Below are positions 20,942 to 29,638 of a stretch of 64,000 nucleotides of DNA, piece by piece. Each line of letters opens with the position of its first letter. Position 1 is the stretch's first letter. A program made the translations under genes and the position numbers. Origin of the DNA: an uncultured Gemmatimonadales bacterium (GTDB lineage: Bacteria > Gemmatimonadota > Gemmatimonadetes > Longimicrobiales > RSA9); contig CAWCUS010000001.1 of assembly GCA_963798845.1 (NCBI GenBank), forward strand, positions 128,001 through 192,000. The letters run 5' to 3'. The notes beneath the pieces were generated by a model, which was not told where the DNA came from, did not search any database, and worked only from the letters and a program-made list of their open reading frames with translations.

Positions 20942-22240
20942 TCACCTCGGTTCGTCGCCCCGGGAATCCTCGCGGCTGATCCTCGCCCCGAGAGCCCGCA
21001 GGCGCTCGTCAATTTTCTGGTAGCCCCGCTCGATCTGCTGGATGTTGAATATATGGCTTTCCCCCTCCGCACCGAGTGCCGCGATCAGGAGCGCCATCCC
21101 GGCGCGGATGTCGGGGCTCTCCACCACGCCCGCATAGAGCCGCGAAGGTCCCACGACCACTGCGCGATGGGGATCGCACAGGACAACGCGCGCGCCCATC
21201 CCAATGATCTTGTCCGCGAAGAACATGCGCGATTCGAACATCTTCTCGTGGATGAGGATCGTCCCCTGGCACTGGGTCGCCACCACCAGGGCGATGGACG
21301 TGAGGTCGGCCGGGAACGCAGGCCACGGCCCGTCGTCGATCTTGGGGATGTGACCGCCCAGGTCCATCCGGATCTCGAGTGCCTGGTTTCCAGGAACGTG
21401 GAGGTCGGCCCCCTTCACCACGCACCGGATCCCGAGCCGCTCGAAGGCCAGGAGCGTCGAATCCAGGTGCTCCACGGCGGCGTCCTCGATGAGGATGTCC
21501 CCGCGGGTCACGGCCGCCAGCCCGATGAACGAGCCCACCTCGATGTGGTCGCTGCTGATCCGGTACGTGCCGCCGCCGAGCCGCTCCACGCCTTCGATCT
21601 CCAGGATGTGCGTGCCGATCCCCGAGATCTTCCCTCCCAGCGTCTGTATCATGTGGCAGAGGTCCTGGACGTGCGGCTCGGCCGCGGCGTTCCTCAGCCG
21701 CGTGGTCCCGCGGGCCAGCGAGGCCGCCATGATGGCGTTTTCGGTGGCGGTCACGCTCGGCTCGTCCAGGAAGATGTCGGCGCCTCGGAGCCCGTTCGCT
21801 TCCAGGTGGTACCCACCCCGGGTCTCCACGCGCGCCCCCAGCCGCTGGAGCGCGAGAAAATGGGTATCGACCCGACGGCGTCCGATCACGTCTCCGCCTG
21901 GCGGGGGGAGGAGCATGCTGCCCAGGCGGGCGAGCATTGGCCCGGCCAGGAGGATCGACGCCCGGATGCGCGCGGCGAGGTCGCGCTCCACCTCGGCCAT
22001 GCGCAGTTGGCGCGCGTGGACCCGCACCCGCCCGTCTCCCTGCCAGTCCACGTCGCATCCCAGCTGCTCCATAAGCTCGAGGAGCGTGCGAACGTCCCGG
22101 ATGTCGGGCACGTTCTCCAGTGTCACGGGCTGATCACTGAGCAGGGTCGCGCAGATGATCGGCAGCGCGGCATTCTTGTTGCCCGCGGGACGGATGCGTC
22201 CGTTCAGGGAGACGCCCCCGTCCACGATGTATTTTGGCAT
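20942..22240 (-). CDS. murA: UDP-N-acetylglucosamine 1-carboxyvinyltransferase
   Basis: [47 protein letters not shown]. Confidence 0.96.
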   Translation of the reverse strand: MPKYIVDGGVSLNGRIRPAGNKNAALPIICATLLSDQPVTLENVPDIRDVRTLLELMEQLGCDVDWQGDGRVRVHARQLRMAEVERDLAARIRASILLAGPMLARLGSMLLPPPGGDVIGRRRVDTHFLALQRLGARVETRGGYHLEANGLRGADIFLDEPSVTATENAIMAASLARGTTRLRNAAAEPHVQDLCHMIQTLGGKISGIGTHILEIEGVERLGGGTYRISSDHIEVGSFIGLAAVTRGDILIEDAAVEHLDSTLLAFERLGIRCVVKGADLHVPGNQALEIRMDLGGHIPKIDDGPWPAFPADLTSIALVVATQCQGTILIHEKMFESRMFFADKIIGMGARVVLCDPHRAVVVGPSRLYAGVVESPDIRAGMALLIAALGAEGESHIFNIQQIERGYQKIDERLRALGARISREDSRGDEPR

Positions 22241-22302
22241 CGACTCTCGGTTGAGTGAGCAGGGCCGGACCGGACCGGCGCGCCCAGGAGTGGCGCGGAA
22301 AA

Positions 22303-22384
22303 AACATACCTGGCCGCCGGAACCACCGTCAAACCGTGCGCGCCCGGCTCTCGCTTGACGCGCCGACGCCGCCGCGTCTAGCTT
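22303..22384. promoter_or_regulatory. Back-to-back sigma-70-type promoters (murA and EIIA operon)
   Basis: Minus: TTGACG(22332-22327)-N18-TATGTT. Plus: TTGACG(22355-22360)-N18-TAGCTT. Confidence 0.6.
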
Positions 22385-22412
22385 CCCGCGTGGATTCCCG
22401 TCCCCACGGCGC

Positions 22413-22880
22413 ATGCGACTCAGCGACTATCTGGAACCCGATCTGATCCTGCTCCACCTCCGTACCACGGGGGTGGAAGACACGCTCGCGGCGTTCGCGG
22501 ACCGGCTCGACGAAAGCGGCCGAACGAGCGAGCCGGACGCCGTTCGCAGGGCGCTGCTGGAGCGGGAGGAGAGCCATACGACCTCCCTCGGGAACGGGGT
22601 GGCCCTCCCCCACGCCACCGTGCCCGGCCTGGCTCAACCCCTGATCCTCGTCGGGGTGGCGCCCGACGGTGTCCGCTTCGGCCGCGGCGACGCGGCCCCG
22701 CTCGATCGCCTCTTCTTCGTCCTGCTCTCCCCGCTCGAGCAGGCCGGCACCCATATCAAGCTCCTGGCCCGAATAGTCCGGCTCGTCCGCCATCCGGAGT
22801 TCGTGGATGAGCTGCTGGCCGCGGACAGCGGTGAAGCGCTCATCGAGCAGATCGAGCGCGTGGACGCGCTGCACGTCTGA
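22413..22880 (+). CDS. Stand-alone PTS EIIA domain protein (fructose/mannitol/Ntr type)
   Basis: [19 protein letters not shown] with the phospho-His; [11 protein letters not shown]. Confidence 0.9.
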   Translation: MRLSDYLEPDLILLHLRTTGVEDTLAAFADRLDESGRTSEPDAVRRALLEREESHTTSLGNGVALPHATVPGLAQPLILVGVAPDGVRFGRGDAAPLDRLFFVLLSPLEQAGTHIKLLARIVRLVRHPEFVDELLAADSGEALIEQIERVDALHV

Positions 22881-22886
22881 GGCGCC

Positions 22887-23240
22887 ATGCAGCTGCTCAT
22901 CGCGGTCATCAATCAGGAAGAGCGGCTGGACGATATCCTGTCCGGGTTCCTCGAGCTCGGCATCACTGGTGCCACCATCATTGACAGCGAGGGGATGGGG
23001 CACGTGCTCTCCCACGACATCCCGATCTTCGCCGGGCTCCAGACGCTGATCTCGCGCTCCCGCCCGCAGAATACCACCATCTTCAGCGTCATCGACAGCG
23101 AGGAGAAGGTGGATGGGGCGATCGCGCTGCTGCAGGACATCTGCGGCGACCTGAACAGCCCGGCCACGGGGATCGCGTTCACGATTCCGGTCAACCGGGT
23201 GGCGGGGCTCGCGCCGGAGCTGGGATCCGGGGACCTCTGA
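22887..23240 (+). CDS. PII-like signal transduction protein (non-canonical)
   Basis: PII-type pattern LLIAVI..EERLDDIL..GITGATIIDSEGMG...TGIAFTIPV; 117 aa. Confidence 0.8.
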   Translation: MQLLIAVINQEERLDDILSGFLELGITGATIIDSEGMGHVLSHDIPIFAGLQTLISRSRPQNTTIFSVIDSEEKVDGAIALLQDICGDLNSPATGIAFTIPVNRVAGLAPELGSGDL

Positions 23241-23262
23241 CGCCCTCGAGCCCCGCACTGGC

Positions 23263-24510
23263 GTGAGCCCGCTCGTCGGCGTCCTGATCCTGGTCCTGCT
23301 CGGGCTGCTCGGCGCCCGCTCCGCGTTCGACCCCACCCGCGCGCCCCTCGGTCCGCGGCTTCTCCTGGCCACCGGCTCCCATTTTGTCCTGGTCGGCGTA
23401 CTCCTCGGGCCCGTGCTGGGCCTGCTCACGTACGAGGTCATTGGCCGCCTCGAGCCCTTCATGGCGCTCGGCCTCGGGTGGATTGGTCTGCTCTTCGGGC
23501 TCCAGCTGGACCGTCGCCAGATCCGGCAGTTCCCGCCGGCGTTTCTGGTGTTCACGATCCTGCAGGCCGCCGTCGCCTTCGTGGCCTTTTCCGCCGTTGC
23601 GCTCCTCGCCTTTCGACTCACCGGCCCCAATGACCCGCTCGGACCCGCCGCAGTGCTCGCCGCCGCCGCAACCGCCGCCGTGTCCACACCTGGCGGCGTT
23701 GCGCTCATCAGCCGGACGTTCCGCGTCCGCGGGCCGCTCACCCGGCTCCTGTTCTTCGCGGCGAGCCTGGACGCGCTGGTCGGCATCGTGGCGCTCCAGA
23801 TCACCTACGCCGTCTTCCACCCCTCCGCGGCTGCGGTGGCGAGCCTCGGTTGGGGCGTCTGGATGGGCGCCGCCGTTGCGGCCGGGGTCATCTTCGCCGT
23901 CTTCTTCCTCTGGCTCACGCGGCCCAAGCCGGAGCGCGACGAGCTGACGCTCTTCCTCCTCGGCCTGGTCATGTTCGAGGCTGGAACCGCTCTCTATCTC
24001 GGCATCTCTCCGCTCTTCGTCACCATGATCACGGGAATGGTGGTGGCGAACATGTCGCCGTCCCGCCGGCGCGTGTACTCCATACTCCAGAGCTGGGAGA
24101 AGCCGGTGTACGTGGTGGTTCTGATCCTCGCCGGCGCACTCATCAGCTTCGCCGACTGGGTCACCCTGCCCCTCGCGTTGGGCTACGCCATCCTGCGCGC
24201 CGGGGCCAAGTACGCGGGCGGTGCCGTGGGTGCCCGGTTCGTCCCCATCGACTTCTCCGTGCCGCTGGATGTGGGCGGAGGCCTGATCGCCCAGGGGGGA
24301 ATCAGTCTGGCCATGGGCCTCAGCGCCACATTAACTTACGGCGCCATCGCGGGATCGGCCGGCGTCGCCGTCCGCGTGGTGATCGGCGCCGTGGTCATCG
24401 GTGTGGCCGCGAGCGAGCTCGTCGCACCGTTCGTCACGCGCGATCTGCTCCGCCGCGCGGGCGAGATCACGCCGGGCCTCGAAACCGCCCTGGCACAGGA
24501 GGCGGAGTGA
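23263..24510 (+). CDS. Cation:proton antiporter (CPA superfamily), no cytoplasmic regulatory domain
   Basis: About 12 TM helices, VGVLLGP, LFGLQLD, ASLD, RAGAK, LIAQGGISL, SELVAP. Confidence 0.78.
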   Translation: MSPLVGVLILVLLGLLGARSAFDPTRAPLGPRLLLATGSHFVLVGVLLGPVLGLLTYEVIGRLEPFMALGLGWIGLLFGLQLDRRQIRQFPPAFLVFTILQAAVAFVAFSAVALLAFRLTGPNDPLGPAAVLAAAATAAVSTPGGVALISRTFRVRGPLTRLLFFAASLDALVGIVALQITYAVFHPSAAAVASLGWGVWMGAAVAAGVIFAVFFLWLTRPKPERDELTLFLLGLVMFEAGTALYLGISPLFVTMITGMVVANMSPSRRRVYSILQSWEKPVYVVVLILAGALISFADWVTLPLALGYAILRAGAKYAGGAVGARFVPIDFSVPLDVGGGLIAQGGISLAMGLSATLTYGAIAGSAGVAVRVVIGAVVIGVAASELVAPFVTRDLLRRAGEITPGLETALAQEAE

Positions 24511-24538
24511 TGCTGCTCAATCCAACGGAACCGTGGCC

Positions 24539-25075
24539 ATGAATTCCTGGATGCTCCTCGCGCAGGCGGAGCCCGACCTGATCTCCCACCTGGACCGGAT
24601 CATGTGGGCGCAGCTGATCATGGCGGGCGTCATGGTCGTCTGCGCGCTGGCGGTGGTGGCCGCGGGGGTGGCGGTCCTGCTCCTGGTGCGACGGGCCATG
24701 AACAAGATCGAGGAGGCGAAGGACGACCTGCTCCCCCACGTGACCCCCGTCCTGAGTCGCGCGTCCACGATCGCCGACGACGTCCGCCACATCACGGCCG
24801 GCCTGCGCGGCGATGCCGACGGAGTGAACGAAACGGTCCACGACCTGCTCGGCAGGACCCGCACCGCCGTGGACTCGCTCGAAGAGCGGATCCAGCGCTT
24901 CGGGCTCGTGCTCGAGGTCGTGCAGGAACAGGCAGAGGCGCTGCTCATGGACGCGGCCGCCACGGCCCGGGGAGTCCACACCACGGCCCAGGCGTTGCGG
25001 GATGAGAAGTCATCGCTCCCGCGGCTCGGACGCCGGCGGGCGGATCGCACATCGAGGAAACGGGACCAGCCATGA
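24539..25075 (+). CDS. DUF948/YtxG-like membrane-anchored coiled-coil protein
   Basis: Single TM then long amphipathic helices; ATGA-coupled to a YtxH-like gene. Confidence 0.6.
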   Translation: MNSWMLLAQAEPDLISHLDRIMWAQLIMAGVMVVCALAVVAAGVAVLLLVRRAMNKIEEAKDDLLPHVTPVLSRASTIADDVRHITAGLRGDADGVNETVHDLLGRTRTAVDSLEERIQRFGLVLEVVQEQAEALLMDAAATARGVHTTAQALRDEKSSLPRLGRRRADRTSRKRDQP

Positions 25076-25446
25076 AACCGGAACAGACCACCGAATACGT
25101 CACCGCGTTCATCGTGGGCACGCTCGTCGGCGTGGGTGCCGCGCTGCTGTTCGCCCCCTCTCCGCCCACCCGGCGGGAGAAGATCTTGAAGGAGCTGAAG
25201 CCGTACCGCCGCAAGATCCGCAAGACCCGCGGGCGGGCGAAGAAGCAGGTGAGCCGCGGCGCCGCGGCGGCGACGGAGTGGAGCGACGAGCTGGTTGCGG
25301 CGGCCCGCGCGGTCGCGAAGGACCTGCGCGAGGAGATCGCCGACATGGTCGCGGAAGCCCGGGACCAGATCGGGGAGACGGTCCAGACACAGGTGGAGTC
25401 GGCGCAGGACGCGCTGCGCAGGGGCGCCAAGCGCGCCCGATCCTGA
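25072..25446 (+). CDS. YtxH domain protein
   Basis: FIVGTLVGVGAALLFAP signature followed by a basic helical tail. Confidence 0.85.
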   Translation: MKPEQTTEYVTAFIVGTLVGVGAALLFAPSPPTRREKILKELKPYRRKIRKTRGRAKKQVSRGAAAATEWSDELVAAARAVAKDLREEIADMVAEARDQIGETVQTQVESAQDALRRGAKRARS

Positions 25447-25453
25447 CCCGCCG

Positions 25454-26377
25454 TTGAGCTTCCTCTGGACGCTCGTGGGGGCGCTGGCGCTCCTGCTGCT
25501 TTCACCAGACCGGCTGTTCGCGTTTGGACCCGCCACCCACATCTTCCTGGGCGAGCACCTCCTGAGCTCGCTCTATCTCCTCCCGAGCGCCCTCGCCGAG
25601 CTGCTGCGGGCGTACCCGCTCAGCTTCCTGTACGGCAACGTGGCCGCCGACATCTCGTTCGCGAAGAAGTACGTCCCGGCCGGCCGCCATTCGCATTACT
25701 GGCACGTCGGGGAGGAGATCCTCGCGGGCGCCGGGAACGACCGCCTTCGCGCTGCCGGGATGGGCTACCTCTGCCACCTCGCTGCGGACACCGTGGCTCA
25801 CAATTTCTACGTGCCGCGGCAGCTCATGCTGACCAGCTCGACCAAGGCGCTGGGGCATTCGTACTGGGAGCACCGTCTGGACGTCGAGCTGGGCGAAGGG
25901 TACACGGGGCGCGCCAGGGAGGTGGTCGTGGACTACGACCACGGCGAGGCCGATCACCTCTTCGACAGTATCCTGAGTGGCACCATCTTCTCCTTCGAAA
26001 CCAATCGCCGGATCTTCCGGGGGATGGTCCGCTTCCAGGACAACGAGCGGTGGCAGACCGTGTTCGGGCGCGTCCTGGAGCGCTCCCGCTGGGACCTGCG
26101 GGATGCCGACGTGGAGGACCACCTGTCCCGCGCCTTCGACTCCATGGTGGACTACCTGCTCCGCCGCCGCGCTGCCTTCGCCGCGGCGCGCGACCCGATC
26201 GGCGACTTCAACCTCCACCTCTCCAAGAAGGTCCGTCGACTGGCGCTGAGGGATGGCAACGCGGCGGATTACGGCCGCATGCGCGCCATGGCCGACGACT
26301 TCTTCCCCCTTCCCGACGACGCCCTGGCGTACTGGGCCCGCCGGGGACGCCCCGAGCCGAAGAGCGCCCGCGGCTGA
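25454..26377 (+). CDS. Zinc-dependent phospholipase C family protein
   Basis: Signal-like N-terminus then FGPATH, GYLCHLAADTVAHN and HSYWE zinc-ligand motifs; TTG start. Confidence 0.8.
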   Translation: MSFLWTLVGALALLLLSPDRLFAFGPATHIFLGEHLLSSLYLLPSALAELLRAYPLSFLYGNVAADISFAKKYVPAGRHSHYWHVGEEILAGAGNDRLRAAGMGYLCHLAADTVAHNFYVPRQLMLTSSTKALGHSYWEHRLDVELGEGYTGRAREVVVDYDHGEADHLFDSILSGTIFSFETNRRIFRGMVRFQDNERWQTVFGRVLERSRWDLRDADVEDHLSRAFDSMVDYLLRRRAAFAAARDPIGDFNLHLSKKVRRLALRDGNAADYGRMRAMADDFFPLPDDALAYWARRGRPEPKSARG

Positions 26378-26387
26378 TCGTACCCGG

Positions 26388-28205
26388 TCAGCGCTGCGCT
26401 TTCGCTCCCAGCCACGATTCCCTGAAGCGCCGGATCTCGGCCGTCACGCTGCGGCCGGCGCTCTCGTAGCTTTCCAGGACCAGCGCGGGATCCAATGCGA
26501 GCACCAACGATTGCGTCTTCCGCATCCCGCGCTGCTCGAACGACACGGCCACGCGGTCGCCCGGGGCGTGAGCTTCGAGCACCGCCGCGAGATCCTCTCC
26601 GGACCGCAGTGGCCGCCCGTCGAGACTCGACAGCAGATCCCCTTCGGCGATCCCGGCCTCGTACAACGGCGTGCCGTGCTGAACGGGCTCCACCACCCGC
26701 GCGCCCTCCTCCCCGAAGCGAACCGACGGGGCGCCGATCCACGCCGCGTCCGGGGCCGCCCTGCGCAGGAGGAGCCCGGCCTGAGCCAGCAGGCGCGCGT
26801 AGTCCGGCACGTCGCCGCCCTCAATGTAGCGGCGGAAGAAGTCGGCGGCGAAGACGCTGTCGCCGCTCACCTGACCGAGCGTTCGCCGCAGGTCGTCGCG
26901 CGTGTACGGGACCCCGGGCTTGCCGAAGCGGGTCCACAGCGCCCGCATGTACGCGTCCAGGGAGGACCCGAACCGCCCGCGCAGCGTGAGGTCCAGCCCG
27001 AGCCCGAGCACTTCTCCCCACGTGTAGTAGGAGATGAACGTGTTGGGGAGGTCCATCGCGTCGATGTGTACGGCGGCGTCCACAAACGGGGCGAGGCGAC
27101 TCATGTCCACGGGGGTATGGACCGCCCGGGCCGGTGAGTTGATGACGGCGTCCAGCGCCCCGCCCAGGCTGCGCGCGTAATCATCGAAGGAAGTGAAGCC
27201 GGCTCGCTTGCGGACCAGGCCGTCGTAGTAGCTGGTGAAGCCCTCGCCGAACCAGAGGTTCCCCGACATGTCGGCCCGCTCGAAGTCGAACGGTTCAATG
27301 GCCCGGTCGCGCAGCCGTTCCATGTTCCAGGAGTGGAAGAACTCGTGGGCCAGGGTGCCGAGGTTCCGCAGGGCGTTCGTGGAGAGGGGCCGGGTGCCCG
27401 TGATCAGGGTCGAGTTGCGGTGCTCCATTCCGTCCCCGAACACCCACGGCAGGTAATCGACGATGAACGTGTAGGTGCCGTAGTCGTACGGCGCGAGCTC
27501 GCCGAACACGGCCCGTTCCTCGGCCACCACGCGGCGGGCCATGTCCGCGAAGCGGTCCGCCTCGGCATCGGTCCCGAGGTGGTGCAGGGCGAGCCGGAAC
27601 GTCGCCCCATCCTCCTTCCACTCTCGCAGGGTGTAGTCCGACAGCTCCGTGGGAGAGTCCATGAAGTACTGGAAGTCCGGCGCCTCGTACGTGTTCGGTT
27701 CGTCCGCCTCCGGCAGCTGGGTGGCCGCCTTCCAGCCGTTGATCGGGTGGAAACGGACGCGGATCGCCGAGCGTTCGTGCCCGCGGGCGAACATGAACGC
27801 GGCCGGCATGTTGAAGTGCGCGTGCGTCGAGTCGATCCCGAAGTACGTCCCGTCCGCGTGGTCGCCGAACACGGTGTACGTCAGCGCGATCGTGCCGTCG
27901 TGGCCGACCACTCGCCATTCGTGCGGCGTGATCCGGCGGAGCGGAAGCGTGTCCGCGGCTGCGCTAACTGCCACGAGATCGAACACGTTCTTGGCGAAGT
28001 TGTGGACGGCGTAGCGGCCAGGCGAGCTGCGCGGCATCACGAAGTTCACGGGCGTCCCCACTTCCACGTCGTGCACGGTCATGGTGATCCGCACCAGGTG
28101 GTGCTCCGCGTCCGGGAACGAAACGTCATAGTCCACCGGCGTCTGACCGGCGACGCCGCCGACCGACGCGCCGATCGCCACCAGCACCGCCAGCGCTCGC
28201 TTCAT
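26388..28205 (-). CDS. M61 glycyl aminopeptidase family protein with C-terminal PDZ domain
   Basis: Signal peptide, SPGRY, GMEHRNS, HEFFHSWN, WFGEGFTSYY, PDZ. Confidence 0.92.
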   Translation of the reverse strand: MKRALAVLVAIGASVGGVAGQTPVDYDVSFPDAEHHLVRITMTVHDVEVGTPVNFVMPRSSPGRYAVHNFAKNVFDLVAVSAAADTLPLRRITPHEWRVVGHDGTIALTYTVFGDHADGTYFGIDSTHAHFNMPAAFMFARGHERSAIRVRFHPINGWKAATQLPEADEPNTYEAPDFQYFMDSPTELSDYTLREWKEDGATFRLALHHLGTDAEADRFADMARRVVAEERAVFGELAPYDYGTYTFIVDYLPWVFGDGMEHRNSTLITGTRPLSTNALRNLGTLAHEFFHSWNMERLRDRAIEPFDFERADMSGNLWFGEGFTSYYDGLVRKRAGFTSFDDYARSLGGALDAVINSPARAVHTPVDMSRLAPFVDAAVHIDAMDLPNTFISYYTWGEVLGLGLDLTLRGRFGSSLDAYMRALWTRFGKPGVPYTRDDLRRTLGQVSGDSVFAADFFRRYIEGGDVPDYARLLAQAGLLLRRAAPDAAWIGAPSVRFGEEGARVVEPVQHGTPLYEAGIAEGDLLSSLDGRPLRSGEDLAAVLEAHAPGDRVAVSFEQRGMRKTQSLVLALDPALVLESYESAGRSVTAEIRRFRESWLGAKAQR

Positions 28206-29638
28206 CGACCCCCTCCCTTCGCTGCGACATCCCGCAGCAGCTTCGCCGTTCGCTCGGGGTCGGCCCTCCCCCGCGACTTCCGCATGATCCGACCCATGAA
28301 GAACCCAACGAGCTGTGCCTCGCCCGCTTCCAGCCGTGACGCCTCCTGCGGATCCTCGGCCAGCGCTTCCGCCACCCACCGCTCCAGCTGCCCCGGGTCG
28401 CGGACCTGCACCAGCCCCTCCTCGACCACGATCTCCCGCGCGCTCCTCCCGCTCTCCGACATCCGGGCGAACACGGTGCGCGCCATGGTGTTGGAGAGGG
28501 TGCCCTCGGCCACCATGACGATCAGCTCCGCCAGCAATGCGGCGGCAACGGGGAATTCCGTGATGGGGGCACCGTGCTCGTTCAGCCAGCCGAGCACGTC
28601 ACCCATCACCCAGTTGCTGGCCGCCTTCGCGTCCCCCGCCCGGCCCGCCACCGACTCGTAATAGTCGGCCAGCTCCCGCAATGCGGTCAGCACGTTGGCG
28701 TCGTACGGCGGGAGCCCATGATCCTCCCGGAAGCGTGACTCCCGTGCGCTCGGCAGCTCGGGCAGCGCAGCGCGGACCGCGGCCACGTCCGCGGCCGGCA
28801 CTCGCAGGGGCGGCAGATCCGGCTCGGGGAAGTAGCGGTAGTCGAGCGACGACTCCTTCGAGCGCATCGGCCGCGCCTCGCCCACGTCAGGGTCCCAGAG
28901 CACCGTCTCGGCCACCACGCGCCGGCCGCCGTCCAGGAGCGCCGCCTGCCGACTGGCCTCGAACTCGAGCGCGCGCTCCACTGCGGTGAACGAGTTCATG
29001 TTCTTGACTTCCGTCTTCGTGCCCAGCGCCCGCTCGCCGGCAGGGCGCACGGAGACGTTCGCGTCCACCCGTAGGCTCCCCTTCTCCATGTCGCAGTCGC
29101 TCACGTCCAGGTATTCGAGCAGCCGCTTCAGCCGCGTCAGGAAGGTCCGGGCCTGGCCGGGGCTCCGCAGGTCGGGCTCCGTCACGATCTCGACGAGCGG
29201 GACGCCCGCGCGGTTCAGGTCGATGGCCGTTCGCCCGACGAAGCGATCGTGCAACGATTTCCCGGCGTCCTCCTCGAGGTGGATGCGCCTGATCCGCGCA
29301 CGCACTCCGTCCGCGGCCAGGGCGCCGCCCGTGGCAAGCGGCCGGTCGTACTGGGTGATCTGATAGCCCTTCGGCAGGTCCGGATAGAAGTAGTTCTTGC
29401 GCGCAAAAATGCTCGTCTCGTGGACCTCGCAGTCGAGCGCGACGGCGGCACGCACCGCCAGCGCGACGGCCTCCCCGTTCACCACCGGCAGCGCGCCGGG
29501 AAGTCCCAGGCAGACGGGACAGACGTGCGTGTTCGGCTCCGCCCCGAACTGCGCGGCATCCGCGCAGAACATCTTGGTTCGCGTCGCGAGCTGGACGTGG
29601 ATCTCCAGGCCGATCACCGGCTCGAACACCGCGCTCAC
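28202..29638 (-). CDS. gatB: Asp/Glu-tRNA amidotransferase subunit B
   Basis: IGLEIHVQL, YFYPDLPKGYQI, HLEEDAG, YRYFPEPDL. Confidence 0.98.
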   Translation of the reverse strand: MSAVFEPVIGLEIHVQLATRTKMFCADAAQFGAEPNTHVCPVCLGLPGALPVVNGEAVALAVRAAVALDCEVHETSIFARKNYFYPDLPKGYQITQYDRPLATGGALAADGVRARIRRIHLEEDAGKSLHDRFVGRTAIDLNRAGVPLVEIVTEPDLRSPGQARTFLTRLKRLLEYLDVSDCDMEKGSLRVDANVSVRPAGERALGTKTEVKNMNSFTAVERALEFEASRQAALLDGGRRVVAETVLWDPDVGEARPMRSKESSLDYRYFPEPDLPPLRVPAADVAAVRAALPELPSARESRFREDHGLPPYDANVLTALRELADYYESVAGRAGDAKAASNWVMGDVLGWLNEHGAPITEFPVAAALLAELIVMVAEGTLSNTMARTVFARMSESGRSAREIVVEEGLVQVRDPGQLERWVAEALAEDPQEASRLEAGEAQLVGFFMGRIMRKSRGRADPERTAKLLRDVAAKGGGR

